This document shows positions 49,734 through 59,667 of a stretch of DNA of 64,000 bases, one piece after another. The DNA lies in assembly GCF_904830925.1 (NCBI RefSeq), contig NZ_LR882967.1, positions 3,682,106-3,746,105 of the forward strand. The letters run 5' to 3'. Positions within the stretch are counted from its first letter, which is position 1; each line of letters begins with the position of its first letter. The position numbers and the translations under genes are program-made. The stretch comes from Planktothrix pseudagardhii. Its GTDB lineage: Bacteria > Cyanobacteriota > Cyanobacteriia > Cyanobacteriales > Microcoleaceae. Below the pieces are notes generated by a model. The model had not been told where the DNA came from. It ran no database searches and saw nothing but the letters and a program-made list of their open reading frames with translations.

Positions 49734-50987
49734 ATGTTTCAAAAAATCCGAGTGGGAAGTCGCCGGAGTTCACGATTTTATGCTTGGGCTGAAGTCGATT
49801 GGTTGTTAATGGCGAGTTGCATTGCTCTCACCTTGTTTGCGGGAATTATGATCCGCAGTGTGGAATTAAACCAAGGGTTAACGGATTGGTGGCAACATTG
49901 GGTAACTGGAGGGGTGGGTTTAATCTTAGCTCTCATTTTTTCTCGATGTCGTTATGAACGTCTGATTAAGTGGAGATGGGTGATTTATGGCGTTACCAAT
50001 TTGTCTTTGATTGCGGTACAAATCATTGGAACAACGGCATTAGGAGCGCAACGCTGGATTAATATTGCGGGGTTTCATGTCCAACCCTCAGAATTTGCCA
50101 AAGTCGGAATTATTATTACCTTGGCGGCTTTACTTCAAGAGTTAAAAACGCCAAATTTAGGGGATATGGTTCGGATTTTAGGAATTGCTGCGGTTCCTTG
50201 GGGATTGGTTTTTATTGAACCGAACTTAGGAACTTCCTTAGTGTTTGGTGCGATTACCGTTGGCATGATGTATTGGGGCAATATTCATCCGGGGTGGTTA
50301 ATTTTGCTGGTGTCTCCAGTGATTACAGCCATTGTATTTAATGTTTCTCTCCCGGTGGGAATTGTTTGGGCGATCTTGATGGGTTTTGTGGGGTGGTGGA
50401 GTCTTCCCTTGAGATGGTTGACAGGCCCTCTGGCTTTATTAGCGAATTTAGGAGCGGGACAGTTAAGCCATATTTTATGGAATGTCCTGCAAGACTATCA
50501 AAAAATGCGGCTGATTGGATTTTTAAATCCTGAGCAAGATCCGTTAGGAAGTGGTTATCATTTAATTCAGTCTCGAATTGCAATTGGTGCAGGACAATTG
50601 TATGGTCGGGGACTGTATCAAGGGACTCAAACTCAATTGAATTTTATTCCTGAACAACATACAGACTTTATTTTTTCAGCCGTTGGGGAAGAATTGGGTT
50701 TTATTGGTTGTATTGCTGTATTAGCTCTATTTTGGTTTGTCTGTTTACGTTTAGTCATTATTGCTCAAACGGCTAAAGATTCCTTCGGGTCTTTAATTAC
50801 GATTGGAGTGCTATGTATGCTGTTGTTTCAGGTGTTTGTTAATATTGGCATGAATATTGGTATCGCACCTGTCACTGGAATTCCCTTACCGTTTTTAAGT
50901 TATGGTCGGTCTTCCTTACTGAGTAATTGGATTGCCATTGGCATTGTCCAATCCGTTGCCAACCACCGACAGCGTATTAAGTTTTAA
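49734..50987 (+). CDS. SEDS-family peptidoglycan glycosyltransferase (FtsW/RodA/SpoVE)
   Basis: 417 aa, 10 TM helices, conserved FIPEQHTDFIFS and GxxPxTGxPLPFxSYGG(S)S motifs. Confidence 0.85.
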   Translation: MFQKIRVGSRRSSRFYAWAEVDWLLMASCIALTLFAGIMIRSVELNQGLTDWWQHWVTGGVGLILALIFSRCRYERLIKWRWVIYGVTNLSLIAVQIIGTTALGAQRWINIAGFHVQPSEFAKVGIIITLAALLQELKTPNLGDMVRILGIAAVPWGLVFIEPNLGTSLVFGAITVGMMYWGNIHPGWLILLVSPVITAIVFNVSLPVGIVWAILMGFVGWWSLPLRWLTGPLALLANLGAGQLSHILWNVLQDYQKMRLIGFLNPEQDPLGSGYHLIQSRIAIGAGQLYGRGLYQGTQTQLNFIPEQHTDFIFSAVGEELGFIGCIAVLALFWFVCLRLVIIAQTAKDSFGSLITIGVLCMLLFQVFVNIGMNIGIAPVTGIPLPFLSYGRSSLLSNWIAIGIVQSVANHRQRIKF

Positions 50988-51061
50988 GGGATTTAAACCG
51001 GAAGGGATTGTTGAATAGATCTAATGTTCTTTGTCCTTAAATCAGAGTTTATTAAAAAAAT

Positions 51062-51472
51062 ATGCGACGATTATTACCCGGTTTTTTTCTATTGCTTTTA
51101 ATGGTGAATTTTTTGTTTGGTGTCGATCCAAGTTGGGCAACAGTCCCAATTGTGATTGCTCAAAATATTCAGTGTAATCCGAATGGAACAAATTTAGAAA
51201 TGAAAAAGTGTGCATCCGATCAATATGTATTAGCGGATAAAAAGCTCAATCAAAATTACCAAACCCTAATCGGTCAACTGTCACCTGAACGAAAACAACG
51301 CTTAATTGAAGCTCAACGAGCTTGGATTTCATTCCGAGACAAAACCTGCCGTTTTGAATCTAGTGAAGTTTTAGGAGGTTCGGCAGAATCTTTATTCCTA
51401 ACCACTTGCTTAACAAAAGTAACTCAGCAACGGGTTCAAGACTTCCAAAACTATTTAGCCCAAATTAAGTAA
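51062..51472 (+). CDS. DUF1311 (LprI-like lysozyme-inhibitor family) secreted protein
   Basis: 136 aa; signal peptide; CASDQY...LNQNYQTL...AQRAWISFRDKTC pattern of DUF1311. Confidence 0.6.
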   Translation: MRRLLPGFFLLLLMVNFLFGVDPSWATVPIVIAQNIQCNPNGTNLEMKKCASDQYVLADKKLNQNYQTLIGQLSPERKQRLIEAQRAWISFRDKTCRFESSEVLGGSAESLFLTTCLTKVTQQRVQDFQNYLAQIK

Positions 51473-51650
51473 TCTTTTGGTTTTCATTCCCTCCCTAGAG
51501 CAAAACTATCTATTGATCTCTAGGGCATTCAAAAATGGCAACCCAAAAACCGAACTGTATGAAACGTTAGTATTAGGTATTTCACCTCCTGATCTACAAA
51601 AGGCATCGCCATATTAACCCTTAACTATTACTCCCCCCCTCTCCCATTCT

Positions 51651-51749
51651 CCCGTCCCCTTGTCCCCCCGTCCCCTTGTCCCCTTGTCCCCCCGTCCCCT
51701 TGTCCCCCCGTCCCCTTGTCCCCTTGTCCCCTTGTCCCCAGCATGAGGT
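51651..51749. repeat. heptamer/octamer tandem repeats (CCCCTTGT / CCCCCCGT x ~12)
   Basis: direct reading; immediately upstream of the 51759 gene. Confidence 0.9.
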
Positions 51750-51758
51750 TAAGAATCA

Positions 51759-52721
51759 ATGTCCACCAGTTCATGGTTAAATTCAGAGATGAATCGACTG
51801 CGTAAGATTTGGCCTTCTCTTCTTGGCTTTCTTCTATTTGCTCTTTCCATCTGGGCCATTAGTCAAAAGCTAGAACGATATTCTCTTCAAGATGTTTTAA
51901 GCAGTTTATCGAATATTCCTAAAACTCATCAATCAGGTGCAATTTTCCTGATGTTAATTAGTTATTTAATGACAACAGGTTATGATGTTTTAGCATTTAG
52001 TTATATCGGTTTCCCCCTGCATTATAGCAAAATTGCCTACGGTGCATTTATTAGTTATGCTATTAGTAATAATATTGGATTATCCATATTAACAGGCAGT
52101 GCTCTTCGATATCGAATCTATTCAGGATGGCGTGTTCCTGCGGGTGTGATTGCTCAAGTGATTGCTTTCGCTAACTTAACATTTTGGTTGGGATTATTTG
52201 GTGTTTGTGGGTTTGTTTTTCTAATCACCCCTTTACAAATTCCTAGTATTTTAGATTTACCTTTTGTCTCTGTTCGTCCCATCGGAATGATCTTTCTCCT
52301 CACTATTAGTCTTTATTTATTATGGAGTAGTTTCAATCATCAACCCTTGAAACTGGGAGACTGGGAATTAAATTTTCCAACTGTTAGCCTTTCCTTAGCC
52401 TTAATCGCTTTTGCATTATTCGATTGGGGGGCTGCGGGTGGTGTTTTATATTTATTATTACCAGCAGGGAGCACTTCCTCCTATCTCAGTTGTTTTAGTA
52501 TCTATTTATTGGCAATGACTGCTAGTATGATTAGTAGTATTCCAGGGGGCTTAGGTGTCTTTGAAACCGTTGTTCTCACCTTGGTTTCCGCAGAAGCAAA
52601 TCCAGCAGAGGTTTTAGGAGCTTTATTGGCTTATCGCGCAATTTACTATCTTCTTCCTTTAATTGTAGCGACCTTATTACTGGGAATTCATGAAATTAAA
52701 AAACAGCGTTCATTTTATTGA
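51759..52721 (+). CDS. UPF0104 / lysylphosphatidylglycerol-synthase-TM-domain (flippase-like) membrane protein
   Basis: 320 aa, 8 TM helices; pattern resembles the MprF N-terminal flippase-like domain family. Confidence 0.45.
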   Translation: MSTSSWLNSEMNRLRKIWPSLLGFLLFALSIWAISQKLERYSLQDVLSSLSNIPKTHQSGAIFLMLISYLMTTGYDVLAFSYIGFPLHYSKIAYGAFISYAISNNIGLSILTGSALRYRIYSGWRVPAGVIAQVIAFANLTFWLGLFGVCGFVFLITPLQIPSILDLPFVSVRPIGMIFLLTISLYLLWSSFNHQPLKLGDWELNFPTVSLSLALIAFALFDWGAAGGVLYLLLPAGSTSSYLSCFSIYLLAMTASMISSIPGGLGVFETVVLTLVSAEANPAEVLGALLAYRAIYYLLPLIVATLLLGIHEIKKQRSFY

Positions 52722-52739
52722 TTCTAGGCGATTCTAATA

Positions 52740-54623
52740 ATGCGATTGTCATCTTCTCCATCCAGTGGTTTATCCCTACTCACGGCTCGAATTCTAGCTC
52801 TAGTTGTCACTGCTAATTTCTGTTTAGTTATTTTTGATTTAAGCTACATAAAATTTCGGGAATATTATTTAAAAATAGATCAACATCAACAACAATCTGA
52901 AAATACGCCTCAAAATCAATATTTACAACAAATTGATCAACTTGAAAAAACGATTAATCAATTTGGGATTGAATCTCAACAAGTTAAACTAGCCTTAGAG
53001 CAGATTCAGACATCCAGTGTAGAACTATTCATTAAAAATCCTCCCTTTCCGGTTCTTAATTCATCTGGAACCTTAGCTGAAATTCAAAAACGTTTTCAAA
53101 ATCAGGTCAAGGCTAATAATTTTCAGCAAGCCTTAGAATTGTTTTGGAGTCCTGTTTATTTTAATCAGAAAACCTGGAAAAAGCAATTACTTTTTTTTAA
53201 TCAAAATATTCGATTTTTAATTATTTTTTATGAACCTAGTTTAACCTATGACCTGATTAAAGGGGTTGAACCGGATCGACTTAGCCAAAACTATTTAAGA
53301 AAAGTTTCTGAATTAAAGGTTAATTTAAAATACAACGGATTAAATCACCCTAAATCTCAGAGTTTATTGAAAGAAATTCGTCAAATTAGCATAGAACTGA
53401 TTGACCGTAATTATCCCTTACAATTACAACCTAATTTAGGGAAATTAACGGAAATTAAATATCGAATTATTGATCATATTTATGGTCGAGATCCCCAATT
53501 TACAACTCGACTGACACCCACCTTAAAATTTTTATATCAAATTAAACTCTTAAATTTTTTAGCCCCAGAGTTAATTTGGTCAGATCGATCCGCTAAACAA
53601 GCGTTTAACACTTTTTGGAGCCTTGAAAACTTAGAACAATATGGATGGGAAACTGAACTTCAATTTTTTGAAGCTGAAATGCAAGAGTTAATGCAGTTAT
53701 TTTATTTTCGACATTTAGGAATAGATGGTGAATTTGTTAACCGATTTTGGTTGATTGATTTACCTTGGATTACCTTATTCTTTTTAACATTTTTAATGGA
53801 GATCTATGCCCTTCGTCGTCGTCAACCGGAGTTGACATTAAGGGAAGCTATTTTAAAATTATGGTATTATTTGTTTTTATTAATTCCTAAATTATTGTTC
53901 TTGCGGTTTATTTCAGCCGTTTATCACTTGAATCGAGCTAATTTTCCTAGATTACAGCCTACTATTGATTATCTAAAATTAAAATTTATCTATAGTTTTG
54001 CTCAAGAATTAATTCAAGTTTTGGTCAATCAAGGCGTTAATCAAGTTCAATCTTTTGTGAAAAAAGGAGCGATTAAAAATTTAATCGGTAATCCTGCTTC
54101 CTCCTATCAAGCCCTCGATTTTGTAGACCTGACTCAACAAGTTCCCCCAGGAATTCCTAATCGGATTGTTGAACTTACAATTACTCAGGTTTTACCCAGT
54201 ATTCATCCTGAATTAGAAGCTTATGTACATTATCAAGTTTCTCAATCCATCCAAAAATCCCCCATTTATAAAGGGTTAAATAAAATTCCAGGTGTTCGTC
54301 ATCTTCCCCAACAAGTTGCTAATAATGTAGCCCAAAAAATTGCGATCGCTATTTCAGAAAACCCTAAAAAATCTCTGGAGGAAGGTAAAAATAAACCCCC
54401 TGATTTTATAGCTATGCAGTTACAAAAACAATTAACTCAAAAGTTTGTAGATCAGTTACGCATAGAATTAAATAAAGAACAGATTATTGATGATGTCGAA
54501 ACGATTTTAGTGAATTGGCTAGACAAACTAAAATCCAATCAAGTTAAAGATTTAGAAGCAAAATCAAGTATTAAGCCAGCTAATATTGAAGTCATGAAAC
54601 AGATTTCTCCGACTCCAGATTAA
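52740..54623 (+). CDS. large hypothetical membrane-anchored protein
   Basis: 627-aa ORF with N-terminal TM helix and internal TM pair; no recognisable domain; probably co-transcribed with 51759-52721 (18-bp gap). Confidence 0.5.
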   Translation: MRLSSSPSSGLSLLTARILALVVTANFCLVIFDLSYIKFREYYLKIDQHQQQSENTPQNQYLQQIDQLEKTINQFGIESQQVKLALEQIQTSSVELFIKNPPFPVLNSSGTLAEIQKRFQNQVKANNFQQALELFWSPVYFNQKTWKKQLLFFNQNIRFLIIFYEPSLTYDLIKGVEPDRLSQNYLRKVSELKVNLKYNGLNHPKSQSLLKEIRQISIELIDRNYPLQLQPNLGKLTEIKYRIIDHIYGRDPQFTTRLTPTLKFLYQIKLLNFLAPELIWSDRSAKQAFNTFWSLENLEQYGWETELQFFEAEMQELMQLFYFRHLGIDGEFVNRFWLIDLPWITLFFLTFLMEIYALRRRQPELTLREAILKLWYYLFLLIPKLLFLRFISAVYHLNRANFPRLQPTIDYLKLKFIYSFAQELIQVLVNQGVNQVQSFVKKGAIKNLIGNPASSYQALDFVDLTQQVPPGIPNRIVELTITQVLPSIHPELEAYVHYQVSQSIQKSPIYKGLNKIPGVRHLPQQVANNVAQKIAIAISENPKKSLEEGKNKPPDFIAMQLQKQLTQKFVDQLRIELNKEQIIDDVETILVNWLDKLKSNQVKDLEAKSSIKPANIEVMKQISPTPD

Positions 54624-54708
54624 GCGATTTGATTAATAATTTTTAATATTTATTTGTGCCGTAGTATGCAGCTTACACAGCCTAGATGTAAACGGTTTTA
54701 AATTGGAA

Positions 54709-54733
54709 GTTTGACAGCCTGTCTTTTGACAAC
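54709..54733. promoter_or_regulatory. operator-like motif AGTTTGACAGCCTGTCTTTTGACAA upstream of petJ (candidate BlaI/PetR-type repressor site)
   Basis: contains the dyad GACAGCCTGTC and a direct repeat TTTGACA; an almost identical 25-mer occurs at 56691-56715. Confidence 0.55.
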
Positions 54734-54788
54734 CAGAAATCTGTTTTGCACGATAGAAGGATTGATTTAATTTCCTCAGAGGAGAATA

Positions 54789-55130
54789 GTGATGAAAAAG
54801 AAGTTAATCTCAGCCTTGTTAATGATTGCAGTGGCTGTTTTAATTGTTGTTCCTAGTGCATTGGCTGGAGATGTAGCAAATGGAGGTAAAGTATTTTCAG
54901 CAAATTGTGCATCTTGTCATGCTGGTGGAAAAAATCTAGTCAATGCTAAATATACCTTACAAAAAGCAGATCTCGAAAAATATGGAATGTATAGTATTGA
55001 GGCAATCACAGCCCAAGTTACAAACGGGAAAAATGCCATGCCAGCTTTCAAAGGTCGTTTAAAACCAGAACAAATTGCTGATGTTGCGACTTATGTGTTG
55101 TCTCAAGCCGATCAAGGTTGGCCAAAGTAA
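54789..55130 (+). CDS. petJ: cytochrome c6
   Basis: 113 aa; signal peptide; heme motif CASCH; conserved c6 signature GKNAMPAF. Confidence 0.85.
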   Translation: MMKKKLISALLMIAVAVLIVVPSALAGDVANGGKVFSANCASCHAGGKNLVNAKYTLQKADLEKYGMYSIEAITAQVTNGKNAMPAFKGRLKPEQIADVATYVLSQADQGWPK

Positions 55131-55162
55131 TATCAATTAATCCCAAATTTTAATACCCTTAA

Positions 55163-55210
55163 ACCTCTCAAACCCTTGGATCAATTAAAGGGTGAGAGGT
55201 GTATCTTTAT
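55163..55210 (+). terminator. rho-independent terminator after petJ
   Basis: ACCTCTCAAACCCTT...AAGGGTGAGAGGT extended stem followed by a T-rich tail. Confidence 0.5.
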
Positions 55211-55301
55211 TAGATCTTCATGTCGAAACATCACCAATCCTTGATTTCTGTTCAAATCATCCACTAAACTAACGAATTAGTTGTATTTCTCTTAATTCCT
55301 T

Positions 55302-55724
55302 ATGGCCCCTTTGCCAGATTATCGTCCTCGCCAACTGTCTCTCGGCCCATTAGAAACGGAAATCCTAGAAATCGTTTGGGACTTGGGTATTGCCACGGTT
55401 AAAGATGTTCATGAACGAATTTTAGCTGACCCTAATCGAGAATTAGCTTATACTTCAGTCACAACAGTTTTACGCCGTTTAACCGATAAAGGTTGGTTAA
55501 CCTGTAATAAACAGGAACGTGCTTTTTATTGGCAATCTTTAGTCACCCGTGAACAAGCGCAGGCTATTTTGGCTTATGATCGTTTAAATCGATTTTTAGC
55601 GATTGGTAATCCTGATGTAGTGGCTTCTTTTGCCGATAGCTTGGATACAGCAAGTTTAGAACAAATTGATGCCATTGCCTCACGTCTGGATGCCATTCGT
55701 CGTCAACGGGAGGGACAACAATAA
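55302..55724 (+). CDS. petR: BlaI/MecI/CopY-family transcriptional repressor (PetR-like)
   Basis: 140 aa; winged-helix penicillinase-repressor fold (LGPLETEILEIVWDLG...YTSVTTVLRRLTDKGWL); adjacent to petJ and to an M56 protease gene. Confidence 0.7.
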   Translation: MAPLPDYRPRQLSLGPLETEILEIVWDLGIATVKDVHERILADPNRELAYTSVTTVLRRLTDKGWLTCNKQERAFYWQSLVTREQAQAILAYDRLNRFLAIGNPDVVASFADSLDTASLEQIDAIASRLDAIRRQREGQQ

Positions 55725-56569
55725 TGCACTTAATGATTATTTTATTAGCACTCTTAGTGGCGCTGGGTTTACGAGTGATGCCTTTACCTCAAGGAAGAAG
55801 TTGGCATCAACGTTGGCAAAAATCTCTATTTTTATTTGTTTGTCCTCCGTTAGTATTGTTGATGACGGCGTTGGCGGTGTTGTCGATGGGGACAAAAGGG
55901 GAAATGTTAGGACTCCAAGCGAGTTGGTTTAGTTATTTACTAGCTGTGGGGTTTGTCGCTTGGGGACTGTTCACAGGGGTTCAGTTACTGAGTCAATTGT
56001 GTCAGTCTCAACACCGAATTGATTGTCTGTCTCAACAGGTGGTGATGGGAAAAACAGCCCGAATTTTACAAGATGATTTTCCCTACAGTGCTCAAGTTGG
56101 GTTTTGGCAACCGGAATTAGTGGTGAGTCGAGGATTATTAGAAACCTTAGATGACCTCCATTTAGAAGCCGTTATTGCCCATGAACAAGCTCATTTAAAC
56201 TATCGAGATACCTTTTGGTTTTGTATTTTAGGTTGGTTAAAAACTTTCACAGTTTGGCTACCCAATACAGAGAATCTATGGCAAGAATTACTGTTATTAA
56301 GAGAAATGCGGGCTGACCGTTACGCAACCCAAAAAGTCGATCCGTTAGTGTTAGCAGAATCTTTATTATATCTTGCCAAAGCTCCGTTTAAATCTCCAAC
56401 TTATTGCAATTTATCGTTTAGTTGTTCGATTCGGAGTAGTCGTTTAGGAGAGCGAATCGATGCTATTTTAGCGGAAGATTCTGATACTTTAACCTGGGGA
56501 TGGTGGATGTGGATGTTACTGTTCTGGGTTTGTTTACCTTGGATTACAGTTCCTTTTCATTATTCTTAA
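55724..56569 (+). CDS. petP: BlaR1-type M56 family membrane metalloprotease (PetP-like)
   Basis: 281 aa; 4 TM helices with HEQAH zinc motif; start overlaps the petR stop (ATGA). Confidence 0.7.
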   Translation: MHLMIILLALLVALGLRVMPLPQGRSWHQRWQKSLFLFVCPPLVLLMTALAVLSMGTKGEMLGLQASWFSYLLAVGFVAWGLFTGVQLLSQLCQSQHRIDCLSQQVVMGKTARILQDDFPYSAQVGFWQPELVVSRGLLETLDDLHLEAVIAHEQAHLNYRDTFWFCILGWLKTFTVWLPNTENLWQELLLLREMRADRYATQKVDPLVLAESLLYLAKAPFKSPTYCNLSFSCSIRSSRLGERIDAILAEDSDTLTWGWWMWMLLFWVCLPWITVPFHYS

Positions 56570-56577
56570 ATTTAGGA

Positions 56578-56616
56578 AAGAGGGAACAGGGAACAGGGAA
56601 CAGGGAACAGGGAACA
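56578..56616. repeat. heptamer tandem repeat AGGGAAC x5 (reverse complement of the TGTTCCC family)
   Basis: direct reading. Confidence 0.9.
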
Positions 56617-56690
56617 GAAAATAGAGGATAGTAAAAAGTGATTAGCTACCCGATAAAGGATTTTTAGCTAACATTTTTGAATTTCCTATA

Positions 56691-56715
56691 AGTTTGACAA
56701 ACTGTCTTTTGACAA
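56691..56715. promoter_or_regulatory. second copy of the operator-like motif AGTTTGACAAACTGTCTTTTGACAA
   Basis: 22/25 identical to 54709-54733; ~73 bp upstream of the ATG at 56788. Confidence 0.55.
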
Positions 56716-56787
56716 GAATAACATGAGGGTGAGAAATCAAGACCAGAACAAAGGAAAAACACTTTCTTGATATAGGGTCTTGATTTC

Positions 56788-57276
56788 ATGAACTGGCAAT
56801 TTAATCTGAGAAAAGACAAAAACGTTGTGCTGGGATTTTCTCTACTATTGGGAATGGTTTTGAGTCATTTTACAGGATTGGGTCTATTATCTGTCCAAGC
56901 CGATGAACAACAGCACCATTCCTCTTCTGGTCATCATAAAACCGTGACGATTCCTCCGGGTCAACCCATTCCAACCGTTGATTTAATTGTCCATCCTGAT
57001 GCCCGTCAAGGATGGAATTTAGAGTTAAAATTAACGAATTTTAAATTAACACCTGAAAATGTCAATCAAGCCATGAGTTCCTATCAAGAAGGACACGCTC
57101 ATCTTTATATTAATGGCAAAAAAGTAACCCGAATTTATGGAAATTGGTATTATCTCCCCGAATTGCCACCAGGACGCCATGAAATTCGAGTGGGTTTAAC
57201 AGGAAATGGTCATGAAATGTTAATGGTTCATGATCAAGAAATTGGAGATACAGAAATTATCGAAGTTCAAAAATAA
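56788..57276 (+). CDS. secreted His-rich protein, putative metal-binding; candidate member of the same regulon as petJ
   Basis: 162 aa; signal peptide; HHSSSGHH stretch and further His pairs (HAHLY, NGHE). Confidence 0.5.
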   Translation: MNWQFNLRKDKNVVLGFSLLLGMVLSHFTGLGLLSVQADEQQHHSSSGHHKTVTIPPGQPIPTVDLIVHPDARQGWNLELKLTNFKLTPENVNQAMSSYQEGHAHLYINGKKVTRIYGNWYYLPELPPGRHEIRVGLTGNGHEMLMVHDQEIGDTEIIEVQK

Positions 57277-57405
57277 GAGGGGTGTAGGGACACAGGAAGA
57301 GAGGATAACATCATTGATACTCTCTACTTCACTTTGTTCCCCCCACACCCTAGCCTCTAACCCTTAGAGGCGATTTCAACGCTGAGTTTGTTGGAAAAGG
57401 ACAGC

Positions 57406-59667
57406 TTACTCTGTAACCGCAGAAGACCGACGGCGACGGCGACGAATAATGGGTTCACCCGGTTCATGGTCTGAGTCAGAAGACTCTTCTGAGAAATCCT
57501 CATTATCGGTTTCCAAAATAGAAAATTCTGGGGTGGGTTCCGGTTCTTCAACTTCTGGTGTTTCTCGTTCCAGAATAATCCGCTCAGAAATCGACCGTTC
57601 GGGGATAATCCGTTCAGAAATCGTCCGTTCGGGAATAATCCGCTCAGAAATCGACCGTTCGGGGATAATCCGTTCAGAAATCGACCGTTCGGGGATAATC
57701 CGTTCAGAAATCGTCCGTTCAGGAATAATCCGTTCAGAAATCGTCCGTTCAGGAATAATCCGGTCTGTGACCCCTATGGAAATCCCAGGAATGTCGGGTT
57801 CGTCATAGTCTTCATCGATGAGGGTTGAGGGAGACACGGGGGCTTCCCCAGGGGAACGAACGGTAACAATCACCGAACGAGGGTTTTTCACCTGTTGATG
57901 GGAGAGCATCAAGGGAGAAATCCCCATCAACGCATACATTTCCTGCTCTTCTGGGGTCATTTCCACCGAAACAACTTCCGGGGGTTCCACAGGCGGTTTA
58001 ATAATTTCGGATTTTGTGGGACGACTGCGTTCACTGAATCCGCTTCGGGCGGAGAACCCTTCACTGAATCCCCCCATATCCGAACGAGACTCGCCATATT
58101 GAACCGGAGGAGACATCCGCAGGGAAGTCCGGGGGGTTTCTTCATCTCGCGTTAACGAATCCATATCCCGAATTCGACGACGGCGGCGACGGGCGTTACT
58201 GGTTCCAATATCTTGATAACTGGGATGGTTGAGCAGTTCTAACTCTTGGAAATTATTAGACGCATCAAATTCAACGACTTCGGGTTCTTCCCGAGAAGTG
58301 GGTTCATAGGGGGAAATCGGAGTGCGTAAACTAGGTCGTTCTGGGGATTCACTACTGGCTGGTGGCGGAACAATCCGATTATTGGTGAGGACAACTCGTT
58401 CGGCGGGGGGTTCTCCGATTTCGAGTTCAATTTCTCCCGGTAGATGAACGGTATGACCTAAACCGCCACAGGTGGCACAGGTTCGCCCAAACAACTCATA
58501 AATATTTTGGCCTTGGCGTTTACGGGTTAATTCTACTAACCCTAATTCCGATAATTGAGCAATTTGGGGTCGGGCTTTATCGGCTTTGAGAACTTTATTA
58601 AAATGTTCCAAGACTTGTAATTGATCTCGCCGGGAATCCATATCAATGAAGTCCACAATAATCACCCCAGCAATATTGCGTAACCTCAATTGACGGGCAA
58701 TTTCCGTGGCGGCTTCACAATTTGTCCATAACACGGTTTCTCGTGATGTCGCCGAACGGGTAAAGGAGCCAGAGTTAACATCAATCACCGTTAAAGCTTC
58801 CGTCGGTTCAATGATAATATAACCGCCTGATGGTAAATCAACTCTGGGTCTTAAGGCTTCTCGAATGGCTGCATTAACTCGGAAATACTCTAAAATCGGA
58901 ATTCGTTCCCGGTGGTGATCAATTAAGACCCCTTGAGGCGCTTTTCCGACGCTCCAATTCATCAAATGTTGTTTGACCCGCTTAACCGCCGGGCTGTTAT
59001 CCACCACAATTCGGTTAACTTCGGTGCTGTACATATCTCGCAGCACCCGTTGAATAAAGTCATTATCTCGATTTAACAAAGCCGGAGGGCGGGAAGATTG
59101 AGCTTCTTGTTGAATCACTTCCCATTGTTTTTGCAGACTTTCTAAATCTTCTAAAATCGCATCTTCAGCCATGCCTTCGGCTTCTGTCCGCACCAATAAC
59201 CCCATTCCAGAGGGTTTAATTAAAATTGCTAAAGCCCTTAAACGGTTGCGTTCTGTTTCTGAACGAATGCGCCGAGATAAATTTACCCCCCTGCCATAAG
59301 GCATTAACACTAAATACCGTCCGGGTAAGGAAATATTTCCAGTTAACCGGGGGCCTTTAGTTCCCGTCGGTTCCTTCATCACCTGTACCAGCACTTTTTG
59401 CTGGGGGGTTAATAATTCGGTGATGGAACCAGACGTTCGTTTTAATCGTAATGGCCCTAAATCGGAAACATGGATAAATCCATTGCGCTCAGGATCTCCA
59501 ATATTGACAAATGCTGCATCAATCCCTGGTAGGACATTTTCAACGATACCCAGATAAATATCACTGACTTGGTGATTTCCGGTCGCTACAACCAGTTCTT
59601 GAATTTGATCTTCTGAAAAAACCGCCGCGATGCGTTGTTGTTCTGCGATAATAATTTGTTTTGACAT
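57406..59667 (-). CDS. rne: ribonuclease E
   Basis: 753 aa; N-terminal S1 + RNase E/G catalytic core (DNaseI-like, Zn-link CxxC); C-terminal noncatalytic region ends in RRRRRSSAVTE (cyanobacterial Arg-rich nonapeptide) and contains seven or eight ERIIPERTIS decapeptide repeats. Confidence 0.85.
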   Translation of the reverse strand: MSKQIIIAEQQRIAAVFSEDQIQELVVATGNHQVSDIYLGIVENVLPGIDAAFVNIGDPERNGFIHVSDLGPLRLKRTSGSITELLTPQQKVLVQVMKEPTGTKGPRLTGNISLPGRYLVLMPYGRGVNLSRRIRSETERNRLRALAILIKPSGMGLLVRTEAEGMAEDAILEDLESLQKQWEVIQQEAQSSRPPALLNRDNDFIQRVLRDMYSTEVNRIVVDNSPAVKRVKQHLMNWSVGKAPQGVLIDHHRERIPILEYFRVNAAIREALRPRVDLPSGGYIIIEPTEALTVIDVNSGSFTRSATSRETVLWTNCEAATEIARQLRLRNIAGVIIVDFIDMDSRRDQLQVLEHFNKVLKADKARPQIAQLSELGLVELTRKRQGQNIYELFGRTCATCGGLGHTVHLPGEIELEIGEPPAERVVLTNNRIVPPPASSESPERPSLRTPISPYEPTSREEPEVVEFDASNNFQELELLNHPSYQDIGTSNARRRRRRIRDMDSLTRDEETPRTSLRMSPPVQYGESRSDMGGFSEGFSARSGFSERSRPTKSEIIKPPVEPPEVVSVEMTPEEQEMYALMGISPLMLSHQQVKNPRSVIVTVRSPGEAPVSPSTLIDEDYDEPDIPGISIGVTDRIIPERTISERIIPERTISERIIPERSISERIIPERSISERIIPERTISERIIPERSISERIILERETPEVEEPEPTPEFSILETDNEDFSEESSDSDHEPGEPIIRRRRRRSSAVTE

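Noticed and set aside
50338-50583. ORF 50338-50583(-) antisense to the SEDS gene
   Set aside because: Embedded antisense ORF.
55666-55932. ORF 55666-55932(+) spanning the petR/petP junction in another frame
   Set aside because: Alternate frame overlapping two well-supported genes.
57357-58430. ORFs 57357-57551(-), 57449-57808(+), 57895-58155(+), 57957-58145(-) and 58239-58430(-)
   Set aside because: All are within, antisense to, or immediately at the 3' end of rne. The plus-strand ORF at 57449 is the antisense reading of the decapeptide repeat array.
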